A DNA stretch of 64,000 bases from Dendrobates tinctorius (GCF_039654945.1 NW_027361675.1:58342001-58406000); one strand, 5' to 3'; shown: positions 24,411-37,832, numbered from the stretch's first letter. Numbers and translations are program-made. The notes: generated by a model from the letters alone, not told the origin.

Positions 24411-25092
24411 GATTTTCATTTCATCATATTTTAAAAAGTTATGCATTTTTATAATATATTATATGAGCTGCTCTTCCCTTTCAGGATCTTAATTTGATGT
24501 GAGTAAATTGAAACATTTTTTGTTAAAGGAAATCTCTCTTGATCACATATAGTAGTAGGTGTATGTCTCAGTAATCTACATGGAAAATGCATAGTTTATG
24601 ATATTAAATTGTGGCATGTAGAGCAGTTACAATTTCCACAGCAGAAATCGAAGTTTCAGTCTCAAATTTCTGTTGCGGCTTCATTGAAAAATTCACATGG
24701 CAAGTCTGACATGTAATCATGGCATAATGGCATATGCTACTCTTTACAGATCTGTTGGTATTTTACTGGAAAACTTGATTTACAGCTAATTTATTCTTGA
24801 CAAAATAAATTTCTTTCATTATGCACAGGGTTCCAGAGAGACCCCAGAGCATAATAAACATTAGATGTAGGAAAAAAACCCGGAATGAAAAGCTCACCAC
24901 ACTGCTTACTTCATCTGCTTGTTGTTTCACATCCTCTTTCCTTATGGTACCTCTTTTTGCTGCTGCTACTTGCAGAAAACCCAAGCCTTTTTATGCTAGG
25001 CGGGGACTTCTGCCTAGTTGTGGCTGGAAGTCTCGGCCTAGAGGTGTGTGATAAGGTTGCGGCACACATCATCAAGTCCTGGCCTAGCATAA

Positions 25093-25552
25093 AGGCCCTG
25101 TCTCACATAGCGAGATCGCTAGCGAGATCGATTAAGCGTCACCGATTTTGTGGTGCAACAGCGATCACGCCAGCGATCTTGTTACGTGTGACACTTAGCA
25201 GCGACCAGGCCCCCGCTAATATGTCACTGATCATGCTCGAATGTCCTGGGCAATATTTTGATCACTGGTGTCCTGCTGGCCAGCGCGCATTGCTGTGTTT
25301 GTCACCGACGAGCGACCTCATTAGCGACTCAGAAATCATGGACGCAGGCGGGAGTCATCAGAATCGCTGCTGTGTGACAAGGTCCTAACGACCACCGAGA
25401 TTGTTATACGGATCGCTGGATCGTTGCTGCGTCATTGAGTAGATCTGCCTATTTGACAGCTTACTAGCGACCATTTAGCGACACACCAGCGATCCTGATC
25501 AGGTCGTATCGTTGTCGGGATCGATGGTGTGTCGCTAAGTGTAACGGTACCC
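25093..25552. mobile_element. PIF/Harbinger-type MITE
   Basis: Imperfect TIR AGGCCCTGTCTCACATAGCGA / TCGCTAAGTGTAACGGTACCC; TAA TSD; an empty-site paralogue lies at ~25695-25715. Confidence 0.85.
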
Positions 25553-27324
25553 TAAGAGGCTTGGGTTTTCAATGTGTAATCTATCTGATGAGCACATGAG
25601 TCTCTTCAGCTCGATAAGGACTTCTGCCTAGTTGCAACTGGAAGTCTCGGCCTAGAGCTGTGTCATAAGCTTGCAGTGTACTTCTTAAAGTACTGGCCTA
25701 GCATGAGGAGGCTTGGAGTTTCAATGTGTAATCCATCTGCTGAGCACATGAGTTAAATTATAGAATAAACTGGTCAATGAGTCAGTCTTGCGGTTAATAT
25801 TTTGTTTATTTATGATAAAAAGCACCTAACATCATTTCCAGAATTCTGAAATTATTTTTATGATCTTAGACTCTTTAAATTATTGTGTTTTTATATAGGA
25901 TCCATCCATACAAGTGTAAGGAATATTTAAGATTTATATGACCTTTGTGCTGCTGTGTAACCGTCTTTTCTTGCACAAACCTTACATAATTATTCTGAAT
26001 AGTGACAAAATGGGGAGATTTATAGGGGAATACAGTGTGTTTCATATTGTTAGAGAAAATAAAACTGCAAGAAGTAGACTCAAAGGAGAAAATTCAATAA
26101 AGCATGAAGTGGCCATCAGGGATGAAACTGGCCGAAAAATTCCATCAAAGGTTGATTCAAGTTTCTTTTTTATAATGGCCCATATGGACATTTAGGCTTT
26201 CACTGAATAAATTCCTTGAATTCCAGAACAGGATGGATGTGATAATATAAAGATTATAAACATATGAAGCTGTATCACTGTCCATACTAATTCTCCAGCC
26301 TCCATAGCTACATAGCTTTTTTACCATGTATTTGCCTACTAACCAGTGCCCGACTAGAACAGAAATTTCAGTTTGAAACCATATCGGCCCACTTGCTGAG
26401 TGATGAATTTGAAATATGAAAGGTCTTGTGGGCTATGGATAATTGTATATCACAATGACCGAATACAAAATGTCAGTTATCAAATAATAACACTATACAA
26501 AGTATAATTGCCATATTGTTTCTGAACAAAATCCTGACCAAGACCAACTAATAAGTCACCATAAAAGTGACAATACCATCACACCATCACATAGTGACCG
26601 AATAATTCTACCATACTGGTCATTAAAAAACACCTTGTAACAAGACCAATATTATTATGAATGCTGCAATATATGATACTGACAGATAATTTCCATGTTA
26701 TTAGGATATATAGTAATGATTATACTAACATCATGATCATTGACAAATAACTGTGCTAAGACTCATATTATTTGATACTGACCATGCAGTGATAAAAGTG
26801 TATACAATAACGATAAATCCAATGACTTAGTGTTGTTCACTTTCATTCACTTTCCCTTTTATTCTCCATTTGGCCCAAACTGTCATGACGACTTCTATCC
26901 ATGTTTGATTTCTAAAGAATGTAACACACAGATATTTTTGGGTGATTTCTTTTCCAGCAACCTCCATAGTTTTTCTAACCTTTGCTATAACCATCTATAT
27001 TGCCCTAGACTCTAATAATATATATATGTATCTGTACAGTTATCTCTATCTTTGCACATCTTTAACACATAAAAATCTGTAATTTCTAGTCTGAATTCTA
27101 TTCCGGTCTGGATGTCACACACAGTGGACACATGGCTGGTATACAAGTACACACAGATGACACACGGATAGTAAAAGCAAAACATCTCATGCACACTTTA
27201 AGTGGACATGTGAAGGGGGCTTTATTGTGAACTGGTTTTGCTAGAATGTGAAATCTAAGTATGGAGTCTCTTGGCCGCTGTCTGGCTAAGCTCTGTAAGT
27301 CAGAGAGTTGCGGGATCTTGAGTA

Positions 27325-28854
27325 TTGTATTTTTCGAACTATAAGATGCACATTTTCCTCCAAAATTTTGGAGGAAAATGAGGGGTGCATCTTATTGTCC
27401 AGATGTACCCGCTGTAGATGGGTAGGTGGGGGAGTGGCAGCAGTGGAGCAGCAGGTCACAGGAGGCATAAGCCGGATGCTGCGGCTAACACGTGTGCCCA
27501 CTGCTAAAGAGAAATGAATATTCACTGCTTTCCACACCTCTGGAGTGGAGAACAGTCAATATTCATTTCTCTTTAATAGCGATCATGCTGTTAGCTCTAG
27601 CCGCTAGCTTCCTGCTGCTGTTGGGTGATCACATGTGCCCGCTACTTAAGGGAATGAATATTCACTGCTCTCCACTCCTGTGAGTGTGGAGAGCAGTGAA
27701 TATTCATTGATCTTTAATAGCGGGCTCAGTAGTCGCAGCCACCAGCTTCCTTCAGCGGCAGGGCAATCACATGTGTCTGCTATTGAAGAGAATGAACGCC
27801 CATATGAGTGGAGAGCAGTGAATATTAATTCTCTTCAGTAGCGGGCACATGTAATCACCCAGCAGCTGCATGAAGCTGGCAGCTGAGGTTACTGTGCCCA
27901 CTGTTAAAGATCAATGAATATTCACCGCTCCACATGGCCATAATCCTGGGTGCAGGGAGCAAAGAGTAATCCGGCAGCTGTCCTCTGCTTGTAAGCAGCG
28001 CATGACCTTACTGCCATGCACTGCTGCTAACATCAGAACAGGACGCTGTGAGGGAGCGCAGGGAAGGTAAGAAGAATGGTTTATGGCTTTTTAGTGCTTT
28101 TCTGATGGGGCCATGCATACCAGGATATGGATGAAGGGGTCATGCATACCAAGATAGGGATGAGGGGGCCATGCATACCAGGATAGGGATGAGAGGGCCA
28201 TGCATAAAAGGACAGGGATGAGGGGGCCATGCATAACAGGACAGGGATTAGGAGGCCATGCCTACCAGGATAGGGATGAGGGGCCATGCATACCAGGATG
28301 ATGATGAAGGGACTATGTATACCAGGATAGGGATGAGGGGGCCATGCATACCAGAATGGTGATGAGGGGGCCATAAATACCAGAAGAGATGAGGGGGCCA
28401 TCCATGCCAGACTAGGGATTGGAAAGCCATTCATAACAGGATGGGGATGGGGGCCATGCATTCCAGAATGGGGATGAGGGGTCTATGCATACCAGGATGG
28501 GCAAAGGGGCCATGCATTCAAGGATGGGAATGGGGGATCATGCCTACCAGGATGGGGATAGGGGCCATGCATTAGAGGATGAGGATGAGGGGGCAATGCA
28601 TACCAGGATAGGGATGAGGAGTCCATGGATACCAGGATAGGAATGAGGGTGCTATGCATACCAGGATAAGGATGAGGGGGCCATGCATACCAGAATGGTG
28701 ATGAGAGGACCATGTATACCTGGATTCGTGACCAGGATAGTGGAAATTAGTGCAGAATTGACCACATTTTTTTCTTTTTTTTCCTTTCTATTTTCCGCCT
28801 CTAAAACCTAGGTGTGTCTTATGGTCCATGCATCTTATAGACCGAAATATACGC
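27325..28854. mobile_element. Non-autonomous Tc2/pogo-like (TcMar) element
   Basis: TIR GTATTTTTCGAACTATAAGATGCA / TGCATCTTATAGACCGAAATATACG, TA flanks; related to 46540-47197. Confidence 0.7.
28105..28740. repeat. ~31-33-bp G-rich minisatellite, ~20 copies
   Basis: Unit GGGCCATGCATACCAGGATAGGGATGAG. Confidence 0.92.
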
Positions 28855-30180
28855 TAGGTACTTGCTTCATATAAAATCTACTATAATTATTGTGGTCTTC
28901 TTGTTCTTGTGTAAATCTGTGGGCATTTAATGCTTAATAATAGAGTTGAGCGACTTTTGTTTTTTTAGGGTGGCGTTTCGTTTCGTGAAACCCGACTTTT
29001 CCAAAAGTCGGGTCGAGCAAGATCGTCCGATTATAGGGAAAAGTCGGGGTCGTCCCGAAACACGAAACCCAATGTAAGTCAATGGGGAATAAAAGTCGGC
29101 AGTGAGAGGAGGACAGGAAACACACCTACAGTGCCCATTTGAATGCCAAAAGCATCAATTCTTCTTACTTAAGCTTGTCAACCTTAATTAACTTCATAAT
29201 ACAAGTTACGCACTGAAAAATGGGGGTTATTTGGCTAAAGTTGTGGGGGGGAGGGCTGGCTGCAGGTTTTCATGTGCCCTGGGCGAAAGAGCGCCCCTTT
29301 TACACATACCACAACTCATCATGCTCCGATACGGCAGAGAAATAGCGGTATAGTACAATGAAAAATACCTCACTTTTTACATCTCATGAAGAGGCCCATC
29401 TATTTCTCCATACAGAATCATTGGTCCCATATAATGTTTGAAACAGTATATGATGAGCTCCACATAATGCTACAGTATATGTTGGTCCCCATGGATGAAG
29501 CTCCACTGTCTTATGGGCCCAAATAATGCTCCAAACATAATGGGCCCCATTTCTAATGCTCTAGTGTATAATGGGCCCTGTAAATGCTGCTCCAGTGTCT
29601 GATGTCCACCTTTGGAATGTTCCAGTGTATGGTGGGCCCCATCTATCATTCTCCAGAGTATAGTGCTCCCCAAAAATTGCTTTCCCAACATTGAAAACAA
29701 TCAAATAAGTCTCATCGCTAGGGAATCCCTGTACTTGTCTGGACTCCTTGTCGTCCCCATCTTCCATCTCACTGCACAGTATTTCAACTTTGCAAGTGCT
29801 GTGATCCTGAGCAAGCAGGGGGGGCCCACTCATTGGCGATGGCACTGGCACAGGGCCCCTGATAGTATGGTGGTGTGTCTGATGGCGGGTGGGCCGAACC
29901 TGCACTTTCATCTGCAGCTTCCTCTTTGTCACCGTGTAAGATGGAACTGTATATGGGAAGGGTAACCTGAGTTTCATCAGGGTCAGATTCAGGTCGTGTA
30001 GCGTGCGAGGGGAATGTAGTGGTCTGGGTCAATGTACCAGCAGATTCATCGAGCAGTGGCTGGGCATCAGTGCACTTGTGTCGCCCCCAGGAGTACGGTC
30101 GCCACAGTGGCATTACCTTCTTCCTAGGGAGTGTGATGTCATGCTTGGGAGCAACGAAGGATCTCTCTAGCAGGTTAACT

Positions 30181-30657
30181 GATTGGGCGGCGTTATTCCC
30201 ACGAGTCATGACCCTCCAAACAGCGTTCATGAAGGCAAAGTGTTTGTTTTACGTGGGCAGTATGGTTGCAAAGCTGAACCTTAAAGGAATGTCCAGAAGG
30301 GCACCACCAGGAGTGGAGCCTATGGTTAAATTTGACTCCACCTGGGAAACCTCAACCATGCCAGCTACAGAACAGATGCACACATTGCAAGCTTAATTCC
30401 GTTAACGAACGAGACTCCGTCATGCCCCGCGGTCCGAGTCCGGCTTACTAGAGGGACACGTGAGGCTCTGGCACATGAGATTGGCCAATAACTGGTGTGT
30501 CATGCCCTTACATGTCCGTGGCTGCATGTGCGCTACACTGAAAAGGCCAGCGTTTCTCGCTTACAGGTGCAGATAACCCGCTGAACAACGTTAGTGATGG
30601 GGATCACTGATTACAATTATTACCCGTGAACAATGATTTCCCAGTAAGTGCAGGTCA
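30181..30657 (+). pseudogene. Decayed 18S rRNA gene fragment (3' half) inside the hAT
   Basis: Colinear 18S landmarks: GGCGGCGTTATTCCCA, AGTATGGTTGCAAAGCTGAA.CTTAAAGGAAT, GAAGGGCACCACCAGGAGTGGAGCCT, TTAATTCCG.TAACGAACGAGACTC, AGAGGGACA, ATGCCCTTA.ATGTCCG.GGCTGCA, GCTACACTGA, TAACCCGCTGAAC, TTCCCAGTAAGTGC.GGTCA; internal deletions and many substitutions. Confidence 0.93.
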
Positions 30658-30767
30658 ACCGCAGTTCTGGAATTAGGCCTAACCGTCATTCCTGAAAAAA
30701 TGAAAAACTTACGTTTGCAAACCACAGGTGCTGTAGCTTGCTTAACAGCTCGCCAGCCGTTCTCACG

Positions 30768-33700
30768 CCCAGTATGGATTACACGTGATTGCACAAAGGT
30801 GAGAAAGGGTACCGTATCCCCAGATAACATGTATGGATAGCGTACACATTCAAAATATGTCTCAGGAGGCAGGCTCAGACGGTGTCAGGCCCAGTATGGA
30901 TTGCACGTGATTGCACAAAGGTTAGAAAGGGTACCGTTTCCCCAGATAACATGTATGGATAGCGTACACATTCAAAATATATGTCTCAGGAGGCAGGCTC
31001 AGACGGTGTCAGGCCCAGTATGGATTGCACGTGATTGCACAAAGGTTAGAAAGGGTACCGTATCCCCAGATAACATGTATGGATAGCGTACACATTCAAA
31101 ATATATGTCTCAGGAGGCAGGCTCAGACGGTGTTAGGCCCAGTATGGATTGCACGTGATTGCACAAAGGTTAGAAAGGGTACCGTATCCCCAGATAACAT
31201 GTATGGATAGCGTACACATTCAAAATATATGTCTCAGGAGGCAGGCTCAGACGGTGTCAGGCCCAGTAAGGATTGCACGTGATTGCACAAAGGTTAGAAA
31301 GGGTACCGTTTCCCCAGATAACATGTATGGATAGCGTACACATTCAAAATATATGTCTCAGGAGGCAGGCTCAGACGGTGTTAGGCCCAGTATGGATTGC
31401 ACGTGATTGCACAAAGGTTAGAAAGGGTACCGTATCCCCAGATAACATGTATGGATAGCGTACACATTCAAAATATATGTCTCAGGAGGCAGGCTCAGAC
31501 GGTGTCAGGCCCAGTATGGATTGCACGTGATTGCACAAAGGTTAGAAAGGGTACCGTTTCCCCAGATAACATGTATGGATAGCGTACACTTTCAAAATAT
31601 ATGTCTCAGGAGGCAGGCTCAGACGGAGTTAGGCCCAGTATGGATTGCACGTGATTGCACAAAGGTTAGAAAGGGTACCGTATCCCCAGATAACATGTAT
31701 GGATAGCGTACATATTCAAAATATATGTCTCAGGAGGCAGGTTCAGACGGTGTTAGGCCCAGTATGGATTGCACGTGATTGCACAAAGGTTAGAAAGGGT
31801 ACCGTATCCCCAGATAACATGTATGGATAGCGTACACATTCAAAATATATGTCTCAGGAGGCAGGCTCAGACGGTGTCAGGCCCAGTATGGATTGCACGT
31901 GATTGCACAAAGGTTAGAAAGGGTACCGTTTCCCCAGATAACATGTATGGATAGCATACGCATTCAAAATATATGTCTCAGGAGGCAGGCTCAGATGGTG
32001 TTAGGCCCAGTATGGATTGCACGTGATTGCACAAAGGTTAGAAAGGGTACCGTATCCCCAGATAACATGTATGGATAGCGTACACATTCAAAATATATGT
32101 CTCAGGAGGCAGGCTCAGATGGTGTCAGGCCCAGTATGGATTGCACGTGATTGCACAAAGGTTAGAAAGGGTACCGTTTCCCCAGATAACATGTATGGAT
32201 AGCGTACACATTCAAAATATATGTCTCAGGAGGCAGGCTCAGACGGTGTTAGGCCCAGTATGGATTGCACGTGATTGCACAAAGGTTAGAAAGGGTACCG
32301 TATCCCCAGATAACATGTATGGATAGCGTACACATTCAAAATATATGTCTCAGGAGGCAGGCTCAGACGGTGTTAGGCCCAGTATGGATTGCACGTGATT
32401 GCACAAAGGTTAGAAAGGGTACCGTATCCCCAGATAACATGTATGGATAGCGTACACATTCAAAATATATGTCTCAGGAGGCAGGCTCAGACGGTGTTAG
32501 GCCCAGTATGGATTGCACGTGATTGCACAAAGGTTAGATAGGGTACCGTATCCCCAGATAACATGTATGGATAGCGTACACATTCAAAATATATGTCTCA
32601 GGAGGCAGGCTCAGACGGTGTCAGGCCCAGTATGGATTGCACGTGATTGCACAAAGGTTAGAAAGGGTACCGTTTCCCCAGATAACATGTATGGATAGCA
32701 TACGCATTCAAAATATATGTCTCAGGAGGCAGGCTCAGACGGTGTTAGGCCCAGTATGGATTGCACGTGATTGCACAAAGGTTAGAAAGGGTACCGTATC
32801 CCCAGATAACATGTATGGATAGCGTACACATTCAAAATATATGTCTCAGGAGGCAGGCTCAGATGGTGTCAGGCCCAGTATGGATTGCACGTGATTGCAC
32901 AAAGGTTAGAAAGGGTACCGTTTCCCCAGATAACATGTATGGATAGCGTACACATTCAAAATATATGTCTCAGGAGGCAGGCTCAGACGGTGTTAGGCCC
33001 AGTATGGATTGCACGTGATTGCACAAAGGTTAGAAAGGGTACCGTATCCCCAGATAACATGTATGGATAGCGTACACATTCAAAATATATGTCTCAGGAG
33101 GCAGGCTCAGACGGTGTTAGGCCCAGTATGGATTGCACGTGATTGCACAAAGGTTAGAAAGGGTACCGTATCCCCAGATAACATGTATGGATAGCGTACA
33201 CATTCAAAATATATGTCTCAGGAGGCAGGCTCAGACGGTGTCAGGCCCAGTATGGATTGCACGTGATTGCACAAAGGTTAGAAAGGGTACCGTTTCCCCA
33301 GATAACATGTGTGGATAGCGTACACATTCAAAATATATGTCTCAGGAGGCAGGCTCAGACGGTGTTAGGCCCAGTATGGATTGCACGTGACTGCACAAAG
33401 GTTAGAAAGGGTACCGTTTCCCCAGATAACATGTATGGATAGCGTACACATTCAAAATATATGTCTCAGGAGGCAGGCTCAGACGGTGTTAGGCCCAGTA
33501 TGGATTGCACGTGATTGCACAAAGGTTAGAAAGGGTACCGTTTCCCCAGATAACATGTATGGATAGCGTACACATTCAAAATATATGTCTCAGGAGGCAG
33601 GCTCAGACGGTGTTAGGCCCAGTATGGATTGCACGTGATTGCACAAAGGTTAGAAAGGGTACCGTATCCCCAGATAACATGTATGGATAGCGTACACATT

Positions 33701-33885
33701 CAAAATATATGTCTCAGGAGGCAGGCTCAGACGGTGTTAGACCCAGTATGGATTGCACGTGATTGCACAAAGGTTAGAAAGGGTACCGTATCCCCGGATA
33801 ACATGTATGAATAGCGTACACATTCAAAATATATGTCTATACATCAGGAGGCAGGCTCAGACGGTGTCAGGCACAGTATGGATTT
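30768..33885. repeat. 124-bp tandem satellite, ~25 highly similar copies, inside hAT
   Basis: 124-bp periodicity (repeated ORF starts 30901, 31025, 31149...); units carry CACGTG and GGTACC. Confidence 0.98.
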
Positions 33886-34300
33886 GACGGCCCAGATTAC
33901 ACAGCGGAGGAGCAGGGAGAGGTAAAGATTGCAAATGCTCGGGCCCTGCCCAAGCAAGGGGGGCCCACTCGTGGGCGTCGGTACTGGCACTGGGCCCCTC
34001 ATAGTACAGCGGTGTGTCTGACGGCGGGTGTGCACCACCACCGTCAGAGACACTTGATTGCACTATGAGGGACCCTGTGCCAGTGCCCGCGCCCAAGAGT
34101 CGGCCTACCCACCTGTCCAGGGCAATGGCACTCACGGTGTCGTGCGCTAGGTGGTGACCCCGGCCATGGGGGGGAGGCAGCACAGTTAGGGAGTTCTTGA
34201 AAGTGGCATATGTTGATGTTGGACATTCAGCTGATGCAAAAGGCAAAATAGGTGAAGTCCCAGGAAGAGGTGGACCAAAGCAAGCCATTTTTCTGTCACC

Positions 34301-37300
34301 CTATGTGTCATCAGGGGAAGGTGGGACAAAATCCTTTGAAACCCATGCGTGGCTCATTTTAATGAAGGTTAGATCATCCACATTTTGGGTTGACAGACGG
34401 GTCCTTTTTTCTGTCAGGATTGATCCAGCTGCACTGAAGACTCTTTCCGATAGCACACTTGCAGCTGGGCAAGCGAGTTCCTGTAAGGCATATTGGGCCA
34501 ATTCAGGCCAGGTGTCCAGTTTAGCGGCCCAATAGTCAAAGGGGAATGACCTGTGTGGGAGAACATCGATATTGGAGGAAAAGTAGTTTGTAACCATAGT
34601 TGACAACTGCTGTCTCCTGTCACTTTCCATCGATGCAGTATTACCAGTTGTGTGAGCGGTATTTGAAAAATCAGTCCACAACATTGTCATGAAACCCCTG
34701 TCTCCAACGCCACTTCTGCTGTGTGCACCACGAACACCTCTGCCAAGCTGCCCCCGGCCCGTACGGCTCGTGTGAGAACCATCACCGCTGCTGTGTGCTG
34801 GGAATGCCTCAAGCAACCGATTTACCAGAGTTGCTTGTTTATTAGCCAATATTAGGTCAAGGTTCTCCTGTGGCATGATGTTTTGTAATTTGCCTTTATA
34901 GCGTGGATCCAGGATGCTGGCCAACCAGTAGTCGTCATCGGTCATCATTTTGGCAATGCGGGGGTCCCTTTTTAGGATCCGCAAGGCATAATCTGACATG
35001 TGGGCCAATGTTCCCGGTGTCAATGATGCACTGTGAGTGCTGGGTGGAGGAGCACTTTCTGGCAAATCCACATCCCTCCAGTCACGCACAAACCCTGTAC
35101 CAGACCTTGCCACGCCAACATTTTCACTTGCCCCACGAGATGCATCCTCCTCCCCTAAGTAATCATCCCCATCATCATCCTCCTCCTCCTCTTCTTCCTC
35201 CACCTCGTCCAGGAGAGGTCCCTGAGCAGACAATGGCTGAATGTCATCAAGGATTCCCTCCTCCTCTTCCTCCTCATCAACATTGGCTGCAGACGCCTGC
35301 TCCTTAAGGTGCGTCAAAGTTTGCATGAGCAGATGCATAAGTGGGATGCTCATGCTTAGAATGGCGTCGTCTGCGCTTACCAGCCGTGTGCATTCCTCAA
35401 AACACTGAAGGACTTTACAGAGGTCTTTCAGCTTCGACCACTGCACACCTGTCAACTCCATGTCTGCTCTCAAAGTGCCTGGCCGTGTATCCTCCCACAA
35501 ATGCATTATGGCCTGCCTCTGCTCGCACAGCCGCTCCACCATGTGCAGGGTGGAGTTCCACCTTGTTGCAATGTCGATAATGAGGCGGTGGTTGGGAAGG
35601 TGGAGCAATCGCTGCAGCTTCTGCATACGAACGGAGTGTGCAGGCGACCGGCGGATGTGCGCGCACAGTCTTCGCACCTTCTGGAGCAGGGCTGTTAACT
35701 CCAGATAATTTTTGAGGAAGCACTGCACCACCAGGTTCAAGGTGTGAGCCAAGCAAGGTATGTGGCTGAGTTTTGAAAGGGCTATGGCTGCCACAAAATT
35801 ACGGCCGTTATCACTAACTACCTTGCCTGCCTCAAGATGTACACTTCCCAGCCATGACTCAGTTTGTCGCTTCAAGTACTCGGCCAGCACCTCGGCTGTG
35901 TGTCTGTCGCCCAAGCACATCATCTGCAACACAGCATGCTGACGCTTTCCACTAGCTGCTCGATAGGGGGACACATCGTGTGCAACAGTGGCAGCTGTAG
36001 ATGGAGTGCTCGTACGACTGCGCTCTGTGGACGAGCTTTCGCTTTTGGAGGAGGAGAAGGAGGAGGAGGGTCGAACGCCTACAGCCAACTGTTTCCTATA
36101 CCATGGGCTAGGCAGCACTTTCCCACCACCGCTGTCCCCTGTGGACCCTGCATCCACCACATTAACCCAGTGCGCAGTGATGGACACGTAACAGCCCTGG
36201 CCATGCCGACTGGACCATGCATCAGTTGTGAGGTGCACCTTTCCGCTCACTGACTGCTTGAGTGCATGGACAATGCGGTCTTTCACATGATGGTGGAGGG
36301 CTGGGATGGCTTTGCGAGAGAAGAAGTGGCGACTGGGTAGGTCATAGCGTGGTACTGCATAGGCCATGAGTTCGCGGAAAGCTGTGCTTTCCACCAACCG
36401 AAAGGGCATCATCTCAAACGAGATTAGTTTGGCAATGTGGGCGTTCAAAGCCAGTGTGAGACTGAGTACTTTCTTGACCTGCTCATAGTGTCTGGGAGGG
36501 TGAGCTGGACTTGAGAGCTGCATATGGTGGAAGTAGCGGTGGACAGGGCGGACTGAGAGAGGGTTGATGATGGTGATGGAGTTGGTGTTCTTTCTGATGG
36601 CCTAGAATCAGTCTTTCGTTGATATAACAGTGGGATTCCCTGACTGCTGTGGCCTTGCAACGACACCTCAACATTTGCTGCTGTGCTAACCGGTGGGCTT
36701 ACAGTGGGGGAAACAATGTAGCATTGCTGACTACCTTCGTTGTGATCAGTTGCACATGTGGCACTTGAGGTTTGGTGTTGTGTCCACGCTTGCAAGTGCA
36801 TGCTGGTTAAATGTCTAAGCATGCAACTGGTATTCAAATTTTTCAGATTTTTCCCTCGGCTAAAGGTCTTTGCGCACTTCTTACAGATAACCTTGGCCTG
36901 ATCATGAGGATTTTGGTCAAAAAAGTGCCACACTGCACTCTTCCTACTTTGGCAGACATTTTGCGGCTAGCACGCTGTGATCTTTTGACCCTCTGGACAA
37001 GCTGTCCAGCAACTCTTTTGATGTTTGGAACCTGTCTTTGGAGTGCTCCGGGCCTGCCAGATAACAGCTGTTGCGATGTCGATGTCTGCTGTGGATGCTC
37101 CTCATCTGAGCTATTGGAAGCAGCACCCTCTTCCCCCAATGAATGTCAATCTGGGTCAACAACTGGGTCATCCATCACCTCCTCTTCTATGTCATGTGCA
37201 CCTTCCTCTGTGTCACCGTGTATGGTGCTATAGTGTGCGGGAAGGGGCACCTGAGTCTCATCAGGGTCAGAATCTGGCTCTGTACACTGCGAGGACAATG

Positions 37301-37832
37301 TAGTGCTCTGAGTGAATGTACCAGCAGAATCATCCATCAGCGGCTGTGCATCAGTGCACTCCATGTCAGATTCATCTTGGCCTGGGTAATTCACCATTTC
37401 ACTTGATAATCCAGGCATGGTATGTGAAAACAGCTCCATGGAGTAATCAGTAGTATGGCCTGCGTCATCCTTCAATCTTGGTTGGGGTGAAGGACACAAG
37501 GAAAGGTGTGGTTCATGAACATGAGCCTCCAATGACGACTCAGTGCTTTTACTTTTTACAACTGAAGAAGAGGAGGCGATAGAGCTGGAGGCTGAGTCAG
37601 CAATGTAAGACAAAACTTTTTCCTGATGCTCTGGCTTTAAAAGCGGTTTGCCAACTCCTAGAAAACTAAGCGTTCGAGGCCTTATGTAGCCAGACGATGA
37701 CGCAGGGTCAGCACCTCCTGCATTCGGTCCTATTTTGCTCTTGCCACTACCATCAGATCCACCACCAACACCATCATTACCAGCTGCCAACCCCCGCCCA
37801 ATTCCACGGCCTCTTCCACCAGCCTTCCTCAT
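34301..37832 (-). pseudogene. hAT transposase (BED finger, DDE core, dimerisation domain), ~1170 codons
   Basis: WHFF..CKKC..HLTSMH BED finger; HLTTDAW, VVSDNGRN, PCLAH, TRWNS, PAASVLSERVFS; stop at 37146-37148, frameshifts near ~36950 and ~36455. Confidence 0.95.

Noticed and set aside
30181-30657. Functional rDNA unit
   Set aside because: Partial, internally deleted, mutated at conserved positions, with no ITS, 5.8S or 28S; called a pseudogene fragment.
30768-33885. CRISPR-like array or tandem family of 61-aa genes
   Set aside because: No unique spacers or cas genes; the ORFs start at TTG and simply follow the 124-bp period.
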